Part shown: positions 9,253-17,706 of the stretch, one piece after another
How the letters are laid out: each line of letters opens with the position of its first letter
How positions within the stretch are numbered: the stretch's first letter is position 1
Assembly: GCA_947493145.1 (NCBI GenBank)
Contig: CANLPZ010000002.1
Coordinates: 331,364 to 395,363 of the forward strand
Length of the DNA: 64,000 nt
From: an uncultured Rhodobacteraceae bacterium
Lineage (GTDB): Bacteria > Pseudomonadota > Alphaproteobacteria > Rhodobacterales > Rhodobacteraceae
Direction: 5' to 3'
Program-made: the position numbers and the translations under genes
The notes under the pieces: model-generated
What the model was told of the DNA's origin: nothing
The model's input: only the letters and a program-made list of their open reading frames with translations
Database searches by the model: none

Positions 9253-10533
9253 TTATTCGAACAACAACCAACCCAATCCAAGCGAAACAGCTGGGATATA
9301 TGTCACGGCCATAAGTGCTGTAAGAATAGCCAAGTAAAATGGCCAAATCGACTTAACGACGTTTTCCATTTTCTCGTTGCCAACAACACATCCCACGAAC
9401 AAGCACGCTCCGACAGGGGGCGTTGTCAGGCCCAGACCCAAGTTCATCATCATAATGATCCCGAATTGAATTGGGCTCATGCCCAGATCCATAACAATCG
9501 GGAGAAAGATTGGAGTCGTGATCAGAATAAGTGCCGCCATATCCATGATCATCCCCAGCACCAAGAAGGTGAAGTTGAGCATAAGCAGGATAACGAATTT
9601 GGACTCTGAAAGAGAAAGCACAAAGCCTGCCAATAGGTCAGGAACGCGGTTCAGGGTCAAAAGATAGGCAAATGCCGAGGCGCAGGCGATCAGGATCATG
9701 GCCATGGCTGTGATGCGAACAGAAACCAGAACTGCGGCGACGAATTTATCCCATGTGAGTTCTCGGTAAACGAGGGCTGTCACTATGATGGCGTAAATCG
9801 CGCCAAAAGCACCTGATTCCGTCACGGTCATGACACCTGATAGAACACCACCTACGATGATGACGGCAGTCAGCAAGCCTGGCAAAGCAACGATGAACCC
9901 AATGCCAAGGGCCATGAAACCTGGGAATGCCTCTGATGGATACCCGCGCTTCACCGCAACGAGCCAAGCCGCAATGGCTAGACACAGGCACATCAACATA
10001 CCAGGAATAACACCTGCGAGGAACAGTTGGCTGATCGGGAGCCCCCCAGCCGCAATCGCGTAAATGATCATGTTGTGGCTTGGTGGGATAACGACACCAG
10101 CAACCGAAGAGGTCACGGTCACATTAACGGCGTAGTCTCCGTCGTAGCCTTTTTCCTTCATCACAGGCATTAGGATCGATCCTAATGCGGATGTGTCTGC
10201 CACCGCTGAACCGGAAATCCCGCCAAACAGCATGGAAGACGCAACATTCACAACGCCAAGACCACCACGCATCCAACCGAATGCTGCGGAGGCAAGCCGA
10301 ACAAGTCGGAACGCAATCCCACCTTGAAGCATCAGTTCTCCTGCGAAAACAAAGAACGGAATGGCCAAAAGCGAAAAGATTGAGATGCCTGATACGATCC
10401 GCTGGGTCGCGATAAACAGAGGTAATCCTTCATACATGAAGCCCGCAAAAGCGGCGATCCCAAGGCAGAAGGCGACTGGAACGCCAGCCACAAGGCAAAG
10501 GAAGAAGAGCCCGAAGATGATGATTAAGCTCAT
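9253..10533 (-). CDS. TRAP transporter large permease (DctM family)
   Basis: 426 aa polytopic membrane protein with DctM-type sequence. 4-bp overlap with the upstream DctQ gene. Confidence 0.9.
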   Translation of the reverse strand: MSLIIIFGLFFLCLVAGVPVAFCLGIAAFAGFMYEGLPLFIATQRIVSGISIFSLLAIPFFVFAGELMLQGGIAFRLVRLASAAFGWMRGGLGVVNVASSMLFGGISGSAVADTSALGSILMPVMKEKGYDGDYAVNVTVTSSVAGVVIPPSHNMIIYAIAAGGLPISQLFLAGVIPGMLMCLCLAIAAWLVAVKRGYPSEAFPGFMALGIGFIVALPGLLTAVIIVGGVLSGVMTVTESGAFGAIYAIIVTALVYRELTWDKFVAAVLVSVRITAMAMILIACASAFAYLLTLNRVPDLLAGFVLSLSESKFVILLMLNFTFLVLGMIMDMAALILITTPIFLPIVMDLGMSPIQFGIIMMMNLGLGLTTPPVGACLFVGCVVGNEKMENVVKSIWPFYLAILTALMAVTYIPAVSLGLGWLLFE

Positions 10534-11015
10534 GATTTTTGACCTTTATTCATGAAGATTCGTAAAAGTTCATCGATTGAAAACAGCAGTATCATTAGCC
10601 CACCAATGATCACGGGAATGGCACGCAAACCTTCGGTCACGCCAAGCAGCGGAATTTCACGATTGGCGGTGCGTAGGTACATTTCATAACCCTGCCAAGT
10701 CAGCATTGCGCCAAAGAACAAAAGCGCGATGGTGCAAAATGCCACGGCAAGTTTTCGTACACTATTGGGCGCGGCATCTCGGATGAAATCAACTGCGAGG
10801 TGCGTTTTGTTCCGTACGCCCGTCGCGGCCCCTAAGAAGGTGATCCATACGATAAGTAGAAGCGCAACTTGTTCGACCCATGTCGGTGTGGCGTTCAAGA
10901 TGTAACGCCCATAGACCAGCCATCCAAAGATCAAGATGAGCGTGACCATGAACACACAGGCCACGGCGGTTGCGATCTTTGCCAACCAGTCCAGGCAGTT
11001 TTGCCAAACGGTCAT
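10530..11015 (-). CDS. TRAP transporter small permease (DctQ family)
   Basis: 161 aa with four hydrophobic spans, positioned between the DctP and DctM genes. Confidence 0.85.
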   Translation of the reverse strand: MTVWQNCLDWLAKIATAVACVFMVTLILIFGWLVYGRYILNATPTWVEQVALLLIVWITFLGAATGVRNKTHLAVDFIRDAAPNSVRKLAVAFCTIALLFFGAMLTWQGYEMYLRTANREIPLLGVTEGLRAIPVIIGGLMILLFSIDELLRIFMNKGQKS

Positions 11016-11034
11016 ATCTTTCCCCTTTATTTAG

Positions 11035-11058
11035 AAAAAAGAGCCCCGCGAGGGGCTC
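11035..11058 (-). terminator. stem-loop with T-run between the TRAP binding-protein and membrane-subunit genes
   Basis: GAGCCCC-GCGA-GGGGCTC (11041-11058). On the minus strand it is followed by TTTTTT (11040-11035). Confidence 0.6.
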
Positions 11059-11087
11059 TTTCGCTTAGAACTAGGATTGTTAAGTCC

Positions 11088-12056
11088 TTACTTTGTGTTT
11101 TGGATCGCTTCGATCACAGACGCTAGGTCAGGATTGGCTTCGATGAAGCCTTCATAAACTGGTGCCATTAGCTCTTGGAAGGCAACTTTGTTTTCAACTT
11201 CGTTTACCTTAGAGCCAGCAGCCTCTACAGCTTCACGGCTTTGCTTTTCACGAGCAGCCCAAAGCTCACGTTGCGTTTCAGCTGCATTACGTGCAGCTGT
11301 ACGTACAGCGGCTTGTGTGTCGCTATCCAGTTTGTTCCAAGTGTCTGCAGCAACACAGAGACACTCAGGAATGATCAGGTGATCCGTGATGGAGTAGAAA
11401 CCCGCGACTTCGAAGTGACCTGTGGATTCATATGAAGGGTAGTTGTTTTCCGCACCGTCGATCACACCTGTTTTCAAGGATTGATAGACTTCGCCGAATG
11501 CCATTGGTGTTGCGTTACCACCCAATTGCGCAACCATGTCAACGAACAAGTCGTTGTTCATGACGCGAATTTTCAGACCTTCAACGTCAGCAGGGGTCAT
11601 GATCGCGCGTTTGTTGTTGTAGAAGCTGCGCGAACCACTGTCGAACCATGCCAATGGAACCAAACCTTCTGCGCCCATAGCGGCTTCGAAGATCTCGCCA
11701 ACAGAACCGTCCATTGCGCGGTGCATGTGGTCTACACCGTTAAAGACGAATGGCAATGACACAACGTTGGTTGTCGGAATGATTGGACCCATTGGCCCAA
11801 GGTTGAAGTTACCCACTTCCAAAGCGGCGCTACGCACTTGCTCGATCGCGTCCGGCTGAGAGCCAAGGACACCACCGTGGAAGATTTGTAGTTTAATGTC
11901 GGTGGTTTCACCCAGTTCTTTTGCGAACTGTTCCAGCGCAACGCCATTCGGATAGCTGTCTGGGTGAATGTTCCAGCCGCGCCAGTTTTCAGCTGCAGCG
12001 AGTGCTGGAATCGAAAGTGCAACAGTTGCTGCTGCGATGATTGATGAAAATTTCAT
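11088..12056 (-). CDS. TRAP transporter substrate-binding protein (DctP family)
   Basis: 322 aa. Signal peptide MKFSSIIAAATVALSIPALAAA. DctP-like sequence (FHGGVLGSQPD, PMAFGEVYQSLKTGVIDGAENN). SD GGGAGGAAA upstream. Confidence 0.9.
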   Translation of the reverse strand: MKFSSIIAAATVALSIPALAAAENWRGWNIHPDSYPNGVALEQFAKELGETTDIKLQIFHGGVLGSQPDAIEQVRSAALEVGNFNLGPMGPIIPTTNVVSLPFVFNGVDHMHRAMDGSVGEIFEAAMGAEGLVPLAWFDSGSRSFYNNKRAIMTPADVEGLKIRVMNNDLFVDMVAQLGGNATPMAFGEVYQSLKTGVIDGAENNYPSYESTGHFEVAGFYSITDHLIIPECLCVAADTWNKLDSDTQAAVRTAARNAAETQRELWAAREKQSREAVEAAGSKVNEVENKVAFQELMAPVYEGFIEANPDLASVIEAIQNTK

Positions 12057-12084
12057 TATTTCCTCCCTAAGTACAAGAGGAGGT

Positions 12085-12095
12085 TACTACCATAC
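12085..12095. promoter_or_regulatory. candidate GntR-type operator copy 1 (TACTACCATAC)
   Basis: This 11-mer is identical to 12947-12957. One copy lies upstream of the TRAP dctP-type gene and the other in the gntR/kduI divergent region. Confidence 0.3.
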
Positions 12096-12129
12096 CAGTT
12101 TTAGTAAAGGTGAAATTGTAATTTTTTTT

Positions 12130-12807
12130 TTAGTTTTCGAAATAGTCAGGTTTTTCTAGGTGAACGGACGCAATAAAACTGCCTATTCTATCAAAATGAT
12201 CCCTCAATGCGGTCTCTACACCATCAGAATCACCTCTGGTTATGCACTCATAGATCCGTGTGTGATCATCTGTCAGGTCGATCATCTCTTGGGTTTGCTT
12301 CAGACTGAGTGCGCAGATTCGATCGACATGGGCTTTATGTAGCTTGATTTGATCAAAGGCGTATGGCGTTTGGGCAACGTCGGTCAGCAGTCCATGAAAA
12401 TCTTCATCTAATTGGTGGAAAGCATTTGTGTCATGCGTGTTAATCGAATCCGCCTGTGCGCTAAGGTTCCTTTGAAAGCTTGGATCATAGAGTTTTGACC
12501 AGTTTTTACAGGCCAATTTACAAACTTCGATTTCTAACGCACGTCGGCAGAATCGAGCATTTGCAATTGTTTTTGACGAAAAATGCCGCACGCGCGTGGC
12601 TTTTTGAGGCCGGATGACAACCAAATCTTCACGTGCCAAAAGGGTCAAGGCTTCGCGGACGGGTTGACGAGACACCCCAAATTTTTCGGCGACTTCCGCT
12701 TCTGAAAGCTTGGCACCAGGCAAAATGTTCAGGGCCATGATGTCTGTTTTAAGTTGCTGAAATATAACGTCAGAGGTTGAACGCCGTCCGATTTCTAAAT
12801 TTGCCAT
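12130..12807 (-). CDS. GntR family (FCD-type) transcriptional regulator
   Basis: 225 aa. N-terminal winged HTH (LSEAEVAEKFGVSRQPVREALTLLAREDLV) followed by a helical FCD-like C-terminal domain. Confidence 0.85.
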   Translation of the reverse strand: MANLEIGRRSTSDVIFQQLKTDIMALNILPGAKLSEAEVAEKFGVSRQPVREALTLLAREDLVVIRPQKATRVRHFSSKTIANARFCRRALEIEVCKLACKNWSKLYDPSFQRNLSAQADSINTHDTNAFHQLDEDFHGLLTDVAQTPYAFDQIKLHKAHVDRICALSLKQTQEMIDLTDDHTRIYECITRGDSDGVETALRDHFDRIGSFIASVHLEKPDYFEN

Positions 12808-12946
12808 GGCCTGTTTTCCTGAATTCGAAGTAACTGATCGACGCCAACGTAATGTCTTTTGTAGTGTTACGGTCTAATTCAAGCAATCCGCAGTATAAAA
12901 ATGGATTAATCTTGAAAACAGTGTTGTCAGAGTCAAATTTACACCA

Positions 12947-12957
12947 TACTACCATAC
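12947..12957. promoter_or_regulatory. candidate GntR-type operator copy 2 (TACTACCATAC, inside a CCATAC tandem)
   Basis: Exact repeat of 12085-12095. Located in the 283-bp gntR/kduI divergent intergenic region. Confidence 0.3.
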
Positions 12958-13090
12958 AAGATGAAAAAATCCATTGCTCTTTGTATGTCAGCCTTTGTGA
13001 CGAACTTGGTCGCGAGGTGCACCGAGCGGTTGCTTGGTCATTGTGCCGGCAGGATGACACACTGAATACTGAATGAAGTGAGAAAAACGA

Positions 13091-13915
13091 ATGCTTACCG
13101 TAAAAACGCTTTACGCCGTCAGCCAAACCGAAACCAAATCGATGGATACGGATGCGCTACGGGAAAACTTTCATTTTGACAGCGTGTTTGCTGCCAATGA
13201 AATGAGATTGCTTTATACGCATTATGACCGAATGATTGTTGGTGGCGTCTTGCCTGTTGATGCTGAGCTGACTTTGGACGAAGTGAAAGAATGCGGCACG
13301 AGTTCTGTTTTGGATCGTCGCGAGATTGGCGTTTTGAATTTGGGCGAGACCGCAGATGTTTCCGTACCTGATGGGTCCCACACCTTGGAACGTGGTGATG
13401 TTTTGTATCTTGGAATGGGTGCAGGTCCGATCACATTTGGCGTGGGTGGTAAGTTCTACATTGTGTCGACACCAGCGCACAAAGAATTGCCTGCAAAGCT
13501 GATCAAAATCGGTGATGCCGGAAGCGTCAAGATGGGGTCCGCGGAAACCGCAAATGATCGCACCATTTATCAGTTCATCCACCCTGATGTGATGGAAAGC
13601 TGCCAATTGGTGATGGGGTATACGATGTTCCATGGTGGTTCTGTTTGGAACACAATGCCGGCCCATGTTCACGATCGACGTATGGAAGCCTATTTGTATT
13701 TTGATCTGGCTGACGACAACCGCGTATTCCATTTTATGGGCGAACCGCAAGAGACACGCCATATCGTCATGAGCAATGAAGAAGCCGTGATTTCGCCGCC
13801 TTGGTCCATCCACTGTGGTGTTGGCACCGGCAGCTATACGTTCTGTTGGGCAATGGGCGGCGATAATGTGGATTACCGAGATGTAGAAATGGTTAAGATG
13901 GGAGACCTGAAATGA
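13091..13915 (+). CDS. kduI: 5-dehydro-4-deoxy-D-glucuronate isomerase
   Basis: 274 aa. Conserved KduI blocks (YTHYDRMIVGG, GSVWNTMPAHVHDRRMEAYLYF, SPPWSIHCG). Confidence 0.9.
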   Translation: MLTVKTLYAVSQTETKSMDTDALRENFHFDSVFAANEMRLLYTHYDRMIVGGVLPVDAELTLDEVKECGTSSVLDRREIGVLNLGETADVSVPDGSHTLERGDVLYLGMGAGPITFGVGGKFYIVSTPAHKELPAKLIKIGDAGSVKMGSAETANDRTIYQFIHPDVMESCQLVMGYTMFHGGSVWNTMPAHVHDRRMEAYLYFDLADDNRVFHFMGEPQETRHIVMSNEEAVISPPWSIHCGVGTGSYTFCWAMGGDNVDYRDVEMVKMGDLK

Positions 13916-14643
13916 ACGCGTTTTCATTGAATGGAAAAACGGCGCTGGTGACTGGTGCGAACACTGGAATTGGTCAAGCGATTGCGGTTGCTATGGCAGA
14001 GGCGGGCGCCCGTGTGGTTTGTGCCGGACGCCGGACATGTTCTGAAACAGTTGGATTGATCGGTAGCAACGCCGAAGAACTGATTTTGGATTTTGCGGAT
14101 CCAATGGCGGCACGCGATGTGTTCAGCGAGCGTGAAATCGATATTGTGGTTAATAACGCTGGCATAATCCGCCGCGAAGATGCGGTCGATTTTTCTGAAA
14201 CGGATTGGGATGATGTCATTGATGTTAACCTGAAGTCCGTTTTCTTCACGTGTCAGGCGTTTGCAAAAGCTGCTGCAAAGCGCGAGGGACGTGGGAAAAT
14301 CGTGAATATCGCGTCTTTGTTGTCTTTTCAGGGCGGCATTCGTGTTCCATCATATACGGCGTCTAAACATGGTGTCGCTGGTATTACCAAAGCTTTGTGT
14401 AATGAATGGGCGTCAAAAGGTATTAATGTGAACGCGATTGCGCCGGGCTATATCTCGACCAATAATACCGAAGCATTGCGCAACGATCCTGCACGCAATC
14501 AGGCGATTTTGGAGCGCATTCCAGAAGGCCGTTGGGGCGAGGCAATGGATATCGCAAATACTGCGGTTTATTTGTCTGCGCCTGCATCTGATTACGTCAA
14601 CGGTGCTGTATTGAATGTCGATGGCGGCTGGTTGGCGCGCTGA
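13912..14643 (+). CDS. kduD: 2-dehydro-3-deoxy-D-gluconate 5-dehydrogenase (SDR)
   Basis: 243 aa SDR (VTGANTGIGQA, YTASKHGVAGITK). ATGA overlap with kduI. Assignment rests on the family plus the kduI-kduD gene order. Confidence 0.8.
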   Translation: MNAFSLNGKTALVTGANTGIGQAIAVAMAEAGARVVCAGRRTCSETVGLIGSNAEELILDFADPMAARDVFSEREIDIVVNNAGIIRREDAVDFSETDWDDVIDVNLKSVFFTCQAFAKAAAKREGRGKIVNIASLLSFQGGIRVPSYTASKHGVAGITKALCNEWASKGINVNAIAPGYISTNNTEALRNDPARNQAILERIPEGRWGEAMDIANTAVYLSAPASDYVNGAVLNVDGGWLAR

Positions 14644-14681
14644 TTAAGCCAAATACAAAACATCTATAGGAGCGTTATACG

Positions 14682-15191
14682 ATGACGAAGCCACGTGTTG
14701 GGGAACCCTTAACCCCTTTTGTGTTGCAAACGGTTGATAACGCTCCTGTTGAAATTGGTGGCAAAGCCGATCGCTGGACCATGTTTTTTGTTTATCGTGG
14801 TCGGCATTGCCCACGCTGCAAGCGGTTCCTGAACAAGCTGAATGCTGTGCTTTCAGACTGGACAGAGCATATGGATGTGGTTGTCGCTTCCGCGGATACG
14901 CAAGCAAAAGCGACCGATGATAAAGCGGAATTCGGTTGGGATTTTCGACTGGGGTATGGATTATCGGTGCCGCAGATGCGTGATCTTGGCTTGTATGTGT
15001 CCAATCCGCTGAGCGACGCGGAAACCGATATGACCTTTGCCGAACCTGGTGCTTTTGCAATACGTCCGGATGGCACGTTGATGTTGGTGGATATTTCAAA
15101 TGGGCCCGCGGCGCGCCCAGATTTGGAAGAGCTGTTGGATGGTATGATTTTCAATATCACCCACAACCGCCCCGTGCGCGGTGGCGATTAA
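14682..15191 (+). CDS. AhpC/TSA-redoxin-like thioredoxin-fold protein (CPRC motif)
   Basis: 169 aa. Sequence FFVYRGRHCPRCKRF resembles peroxiredoxin-like family proteins. SD AGGAG lies 7 nt before the ATG, 38 nt after the kduD stop. Confidence 0.6.
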   Translation: MTKPRVGEPLTPFVLQTVDNAPVEIGGKADRWTMFFVYRGRHCPRCKRFLNKLNAVLSDWTEHMDVVVASADTQAKATDDKAEFGWDFRLGYGLSVPQMRDLGLYVSNPLSDAETDMTFAEPGAFAIRPDGTLMLVDISNGPAARPDLEELLDGMIFNITHNRPVRGGD

Positions 15192-15886
15192 TCTACGATC
15201 AGATTATCTAAATCGGTGTCGATAATAAAGTATTCAGGATGCGCTTGGACCACTTGTTTGATGTGCAACTGTAGACCGGACAAGTGGCTGTCCATTGCGG
15301 CGGCAGCCTTTTCACCATCGCCGGCTTCGATGGCCTCCACGACCTTGATATGTTCCGTCACAGCCATATGCATACGCCCCGGTTCCGGCAAAGTTAGGCG
15401 TCGAAAACGATCCATTTGAACCTTGATTTGTTGGGCAAATGTCCAAATTCCGGGCAGGCGTGCGGCTTGTGCGATCTGCTCATGAAAGCTTTCATCCGCG
15501 AGGTGAAAGTTTGCAAGATCGTTGATGTCAGCGAATTCTTTTTGGCGCTCGATATAAACCTGCAGTTCCAAAATTTGGCTCCGCGTCGCAAAGTTTGCGG
15601 CTGCTTTTGCTGTAACGCATTCCAAAGCGCGGCGCGCGATCAGGGCCTCTGGAAGGTTTGAAACAGGGATGCGCGCGACAAATGTTCCAGATTTAGGGGC
15701 AACCTCGACAAGATCTTCCCGCGAAAGGCGCAACATGGCCTCTCGAATCGGTGTCCTGCTGACGCCAGATTCAGTTGCCAGTTCTGTCTCAGATATGGGT
15801 GAGCCCGGAACGCGTTTAACAGAAATAATATCTTGGCGCAGTTTTTGGTAAAGCTTTTGGGCCAGCGTTGGCTTTGAATCGCGCAT
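15188..15886 (-). CDS. GntR family (FCD-type) transcriptional regulator
   Basis: Start moved to ATG 15886 (MRDSKPTLAQKLY...). HTH is ISETELATESGVSRTPIREAMLRLSREDLV. The ORF-track 5' extension to 16180 runs into the neighbouring promoter region. Confidence 0.85.
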   Translation of the reverse strand: MRDSKPTLAQKLYQKLRQDIISVKRVPGSPISETELATESGVSRTPIREAMLRLSREDLVEVAPKSGTFVARIPVSNLPEALIARRALECVTAKAAANFATRSQILELQVYIERQKEFADINDLANFHLADESFHEQIAQAARLPGIWTFAQQIKVQMDRFRRLTLPEPGRMHMAVTEHIKVVEAIEAGDGEKAAAAMDSHLSGLQLHIKQVVQAHPEYFIIDTDLDNLIVD

Positions 15887-16024
15887 ATCGCGTGCGCCCT
15901 GAGAGGGCGGGGCATTGTGGGCACGCTTTCTTGTAACGGTCAATTGATCATTCGCCTTCGTTTCGCTTGCTCTACCTGTTTTCGCGTCTGCTGTCGATGC
16001 AAAAGGGCGCTTGCAATTTTCGTT

Positions 16025-16049
16025 AACTTGTATATTCAGTATGCAAGTT
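16025..16049. promoter_or_regulatory. inverted repeat AACTTG-N13-CAAGTT, candidate operator upstream of the second TRAP operon
   Basis: Seen directly at 16025-16030 and 16044-16049, about 70 nt upstream of the dctP-type ATG at 16116. Confidence 0.3.
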
Positions 16050-16115
16050 GCTGTCAACGTTCGCATGGACGGTGGTGGCCTATCGCCCCATTTGGGGCAT
16101 CTAAGGGAGGAAGAA

Positions 16116-17087
16116 ATGTCTTTTAAAAAAGTACCAACAATGCTGGCTGCTGGCGCACTGGCGATGGCAAGTGCAAGCACTGCACTCGCAGGTGAAGTTC
16201 TGAAGTGGGCTCACGTTTATGAAACGGGTTCCGCATATCATCAGGTTGCTGAATGGGCGGCTGATGAAATCAGCGAACGCACAGACGGTCGTGTTGAGAT
16301 CAAAGTTTTCCCAGCGTCAACACTGGGTAAAGAAGTTGAAATTAACGAAGGTCTGGGAATCGGTTCCGTGGACATCATCTACACGGGCCCAAGCTTTGTA
16401 GAGCGTTATTATGGTCCAATCGCGATCTCAGATTATCCATTCATCATGCGTGGTTTTGACCACTGGAAATCATATCGCAGCAGTGACCTGTTCTCTGAAT
16501 TGTCTGCGGGCTACAACGGCGCCACAGGCAACCACGTTCTTGGCCTCGTTTACTATGGTCAGCGTCACGTGACCTCGAACAAGCCGATTCTAAGCCCTGC
16601 TGATATGGAAGGCCTGAAGATCCGCGTACCAAACTCACCGGTTATGCTGATGTTCCCGAACTCCGTTGGCGCAAACCCGACTCCGATGGCCTTCTCTGAA
16701 GTTTATCTTGCTTTGCAACAAGGTGTTGTTGATGCGCAAGAAAACCCGCTGCCGACCATCCAGTTTAAAAAGTTCTACGAAGTTCAGACCAACATCAACC
16801 TGACGGGTCACATTTTGAACTCTTTGCTGGTGATCGCGTCTGATGATGCGCTGAACCGAGTTGGCGACGATGCTGCAGTTGTGCGTGAAATCATGGACCA
16901 AGCTGCACTGAAAGTGTCTGAAGAAATCTATCAATCTGAACTGGATCTGGTTTCGTGGTTCCGTGAAAAAGGTATTACAGTGAACGAAGTTGATAAACAG
17001 CCGTTCCAAGACGCTGTTCGTCCAAAGCTTTTGGGGGATGACGTTCCTTACACCGAAGAGCATTTCCGCCGCCTTGGCGAACTGTAA
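16116..17087 (+). CDS. TRAP transporter substrate-binding protein (DctP family)
   Basis: Start moved to ATG 16116, preceded by AAGGGAGG. Signal peptide MSFKKVPTMLAAGALAMASASTALA. DctP-like blocks (PMAFSEVYLALQQGVVDAQENP). Confidence 0.9.
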   Translation: MSFKKVPTMLAAGALAMASASTALAGEVLKWAHVYETGSAYHQVAEWAADEISERTDGRVEIKVFPASTLGKEVEINEGLGIGSVDIIYTGPSFVERYYGPIAISDYPFIMRGFDHWKSYRSSDLFSELSAGYNGATGNHVLGLVYYGQRHVTSNKPILSPADMEGLKIRVPNSPVMLMFPNSVGANPTPMAFSEVYLALQQGVVDAQENPLPTIQFKKFYEVQTNINLTGHILNSLLVIASDDALNRVGDDAAVVREIMDQAALKVSEEIYQSELDLVSWFREKGITVNEVDKQPFQDAVRPKLLGDDVPYTEEHFRRLGEL

Positions 17088-17102
17088 CAGGTCATTAGAT
17101 CA

Positions 17103-17693
17103 ATGCAAAAAAATGCCTCAAATGAATTGTCAGGCAAGGGGCGCGCAGAATTTGCGCGCCCTGAAATCGAGTTCGAAGACAAAGAAGCCAATGTTTCAGA
17201 TTTTGGTCTGATCGACATTCCGGGGCTGTTTGCGCTTTGGGTGTTGGCCGTGATTGTCTTCTTGCAGTTCTTTACACGTTATGTGCTGAACGACAGTTTG
17301 GCATGGACCGAAGAAATCGCCCGCTATCTACTTGTGCTTGTTGCATTTCTGGGCGCGATTTCTGTGACCCGCAAAGGGACGCATATCTTCCTTGAGTTTT
17401 TCTATCGGTATCTGTCACCGACTGTTGGCAAATGGCTCAGCGTGACGATGGAAGCGCTTTGTTTCGTTTTTTACGGCTATTTGGCTTGGCTTGCCGTCGA
17501 GCTGGCACAAAAGACTCGCACGAAAATGGCTTCGATCGAGATCCCCAAAAGCTTGCTTTATTGGGGCGTTGCAATCGCTTTAGCCGCTATGACAGTCTTT
17601 GCAGCCTTGTGGCTTATCCGCAAAATTCGTCTGTCACCAACAGAACTGTTGCGCGATCAAGAAGAACGCTCACTTCACGAAATTTCAGATTAA
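17103..17693 (+). CDS. TRAP transporter small permease (DctQ family)
   Basis: 196 aa. Four hydrophobic spans follow a ~35-aa polar N-terminus. Sits between the DctP and DctM genes. Confidence 0.8.
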   Translation: MQKNASNELSGKGRAEFARPEIEFEDKEANVSDFGLIDIPGLFALWVLAVIVFLQFFTRYVLNDSLAWTEEIARYLLVLVAFLGAISVTRKGTHIFLEFFYRYLSPTVGKWLSVTMEALCFVFYGYLAWLAVELAQKTRTKMASIEIPKSLLYWGVAIALAAMTVFAALWLIRKIRLSPTELLRDQEERSLHEISD

Positions 17694-17706
17694 GAAACGA
17701 ACGATC

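Noticed and set aside
13157-13927. 256-aa antisense ORF spanning essentially the whole kduI gene
   Set aside because: It lies entirely opposite a well-conserved gene and has no SD. Its composition is His/Arg/Cys-rich and unlike real proteins. The equivalent antisense frame of the paralogous kduI (31901-32725) is broken into 62- and 70-aa pieces, so the frame is not conserved. I treat it as a shadow ORF.
15887-16180. ORF-track 5' extensions of real genes. These are 15887-16180, 16011-16115, 17599-17706, 20957-21061, 22446-22559, 23512-23586, 25528-25635, 27758-27805, 27848-27952, 29887-30078, 32726-32773, 38525-38566, 44392-44466, 44528-44578, 54391-54570 and 61544-61636.
   Set aside because: In each case an internal ATG is preceded by a GGAGG-like SD or forms an ATGA/4-bp overlap with the upstream gene, and the conserved domain or signal peptide starts there. 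The extensions run into neighbouring genes, promoters or terminator hairpins.
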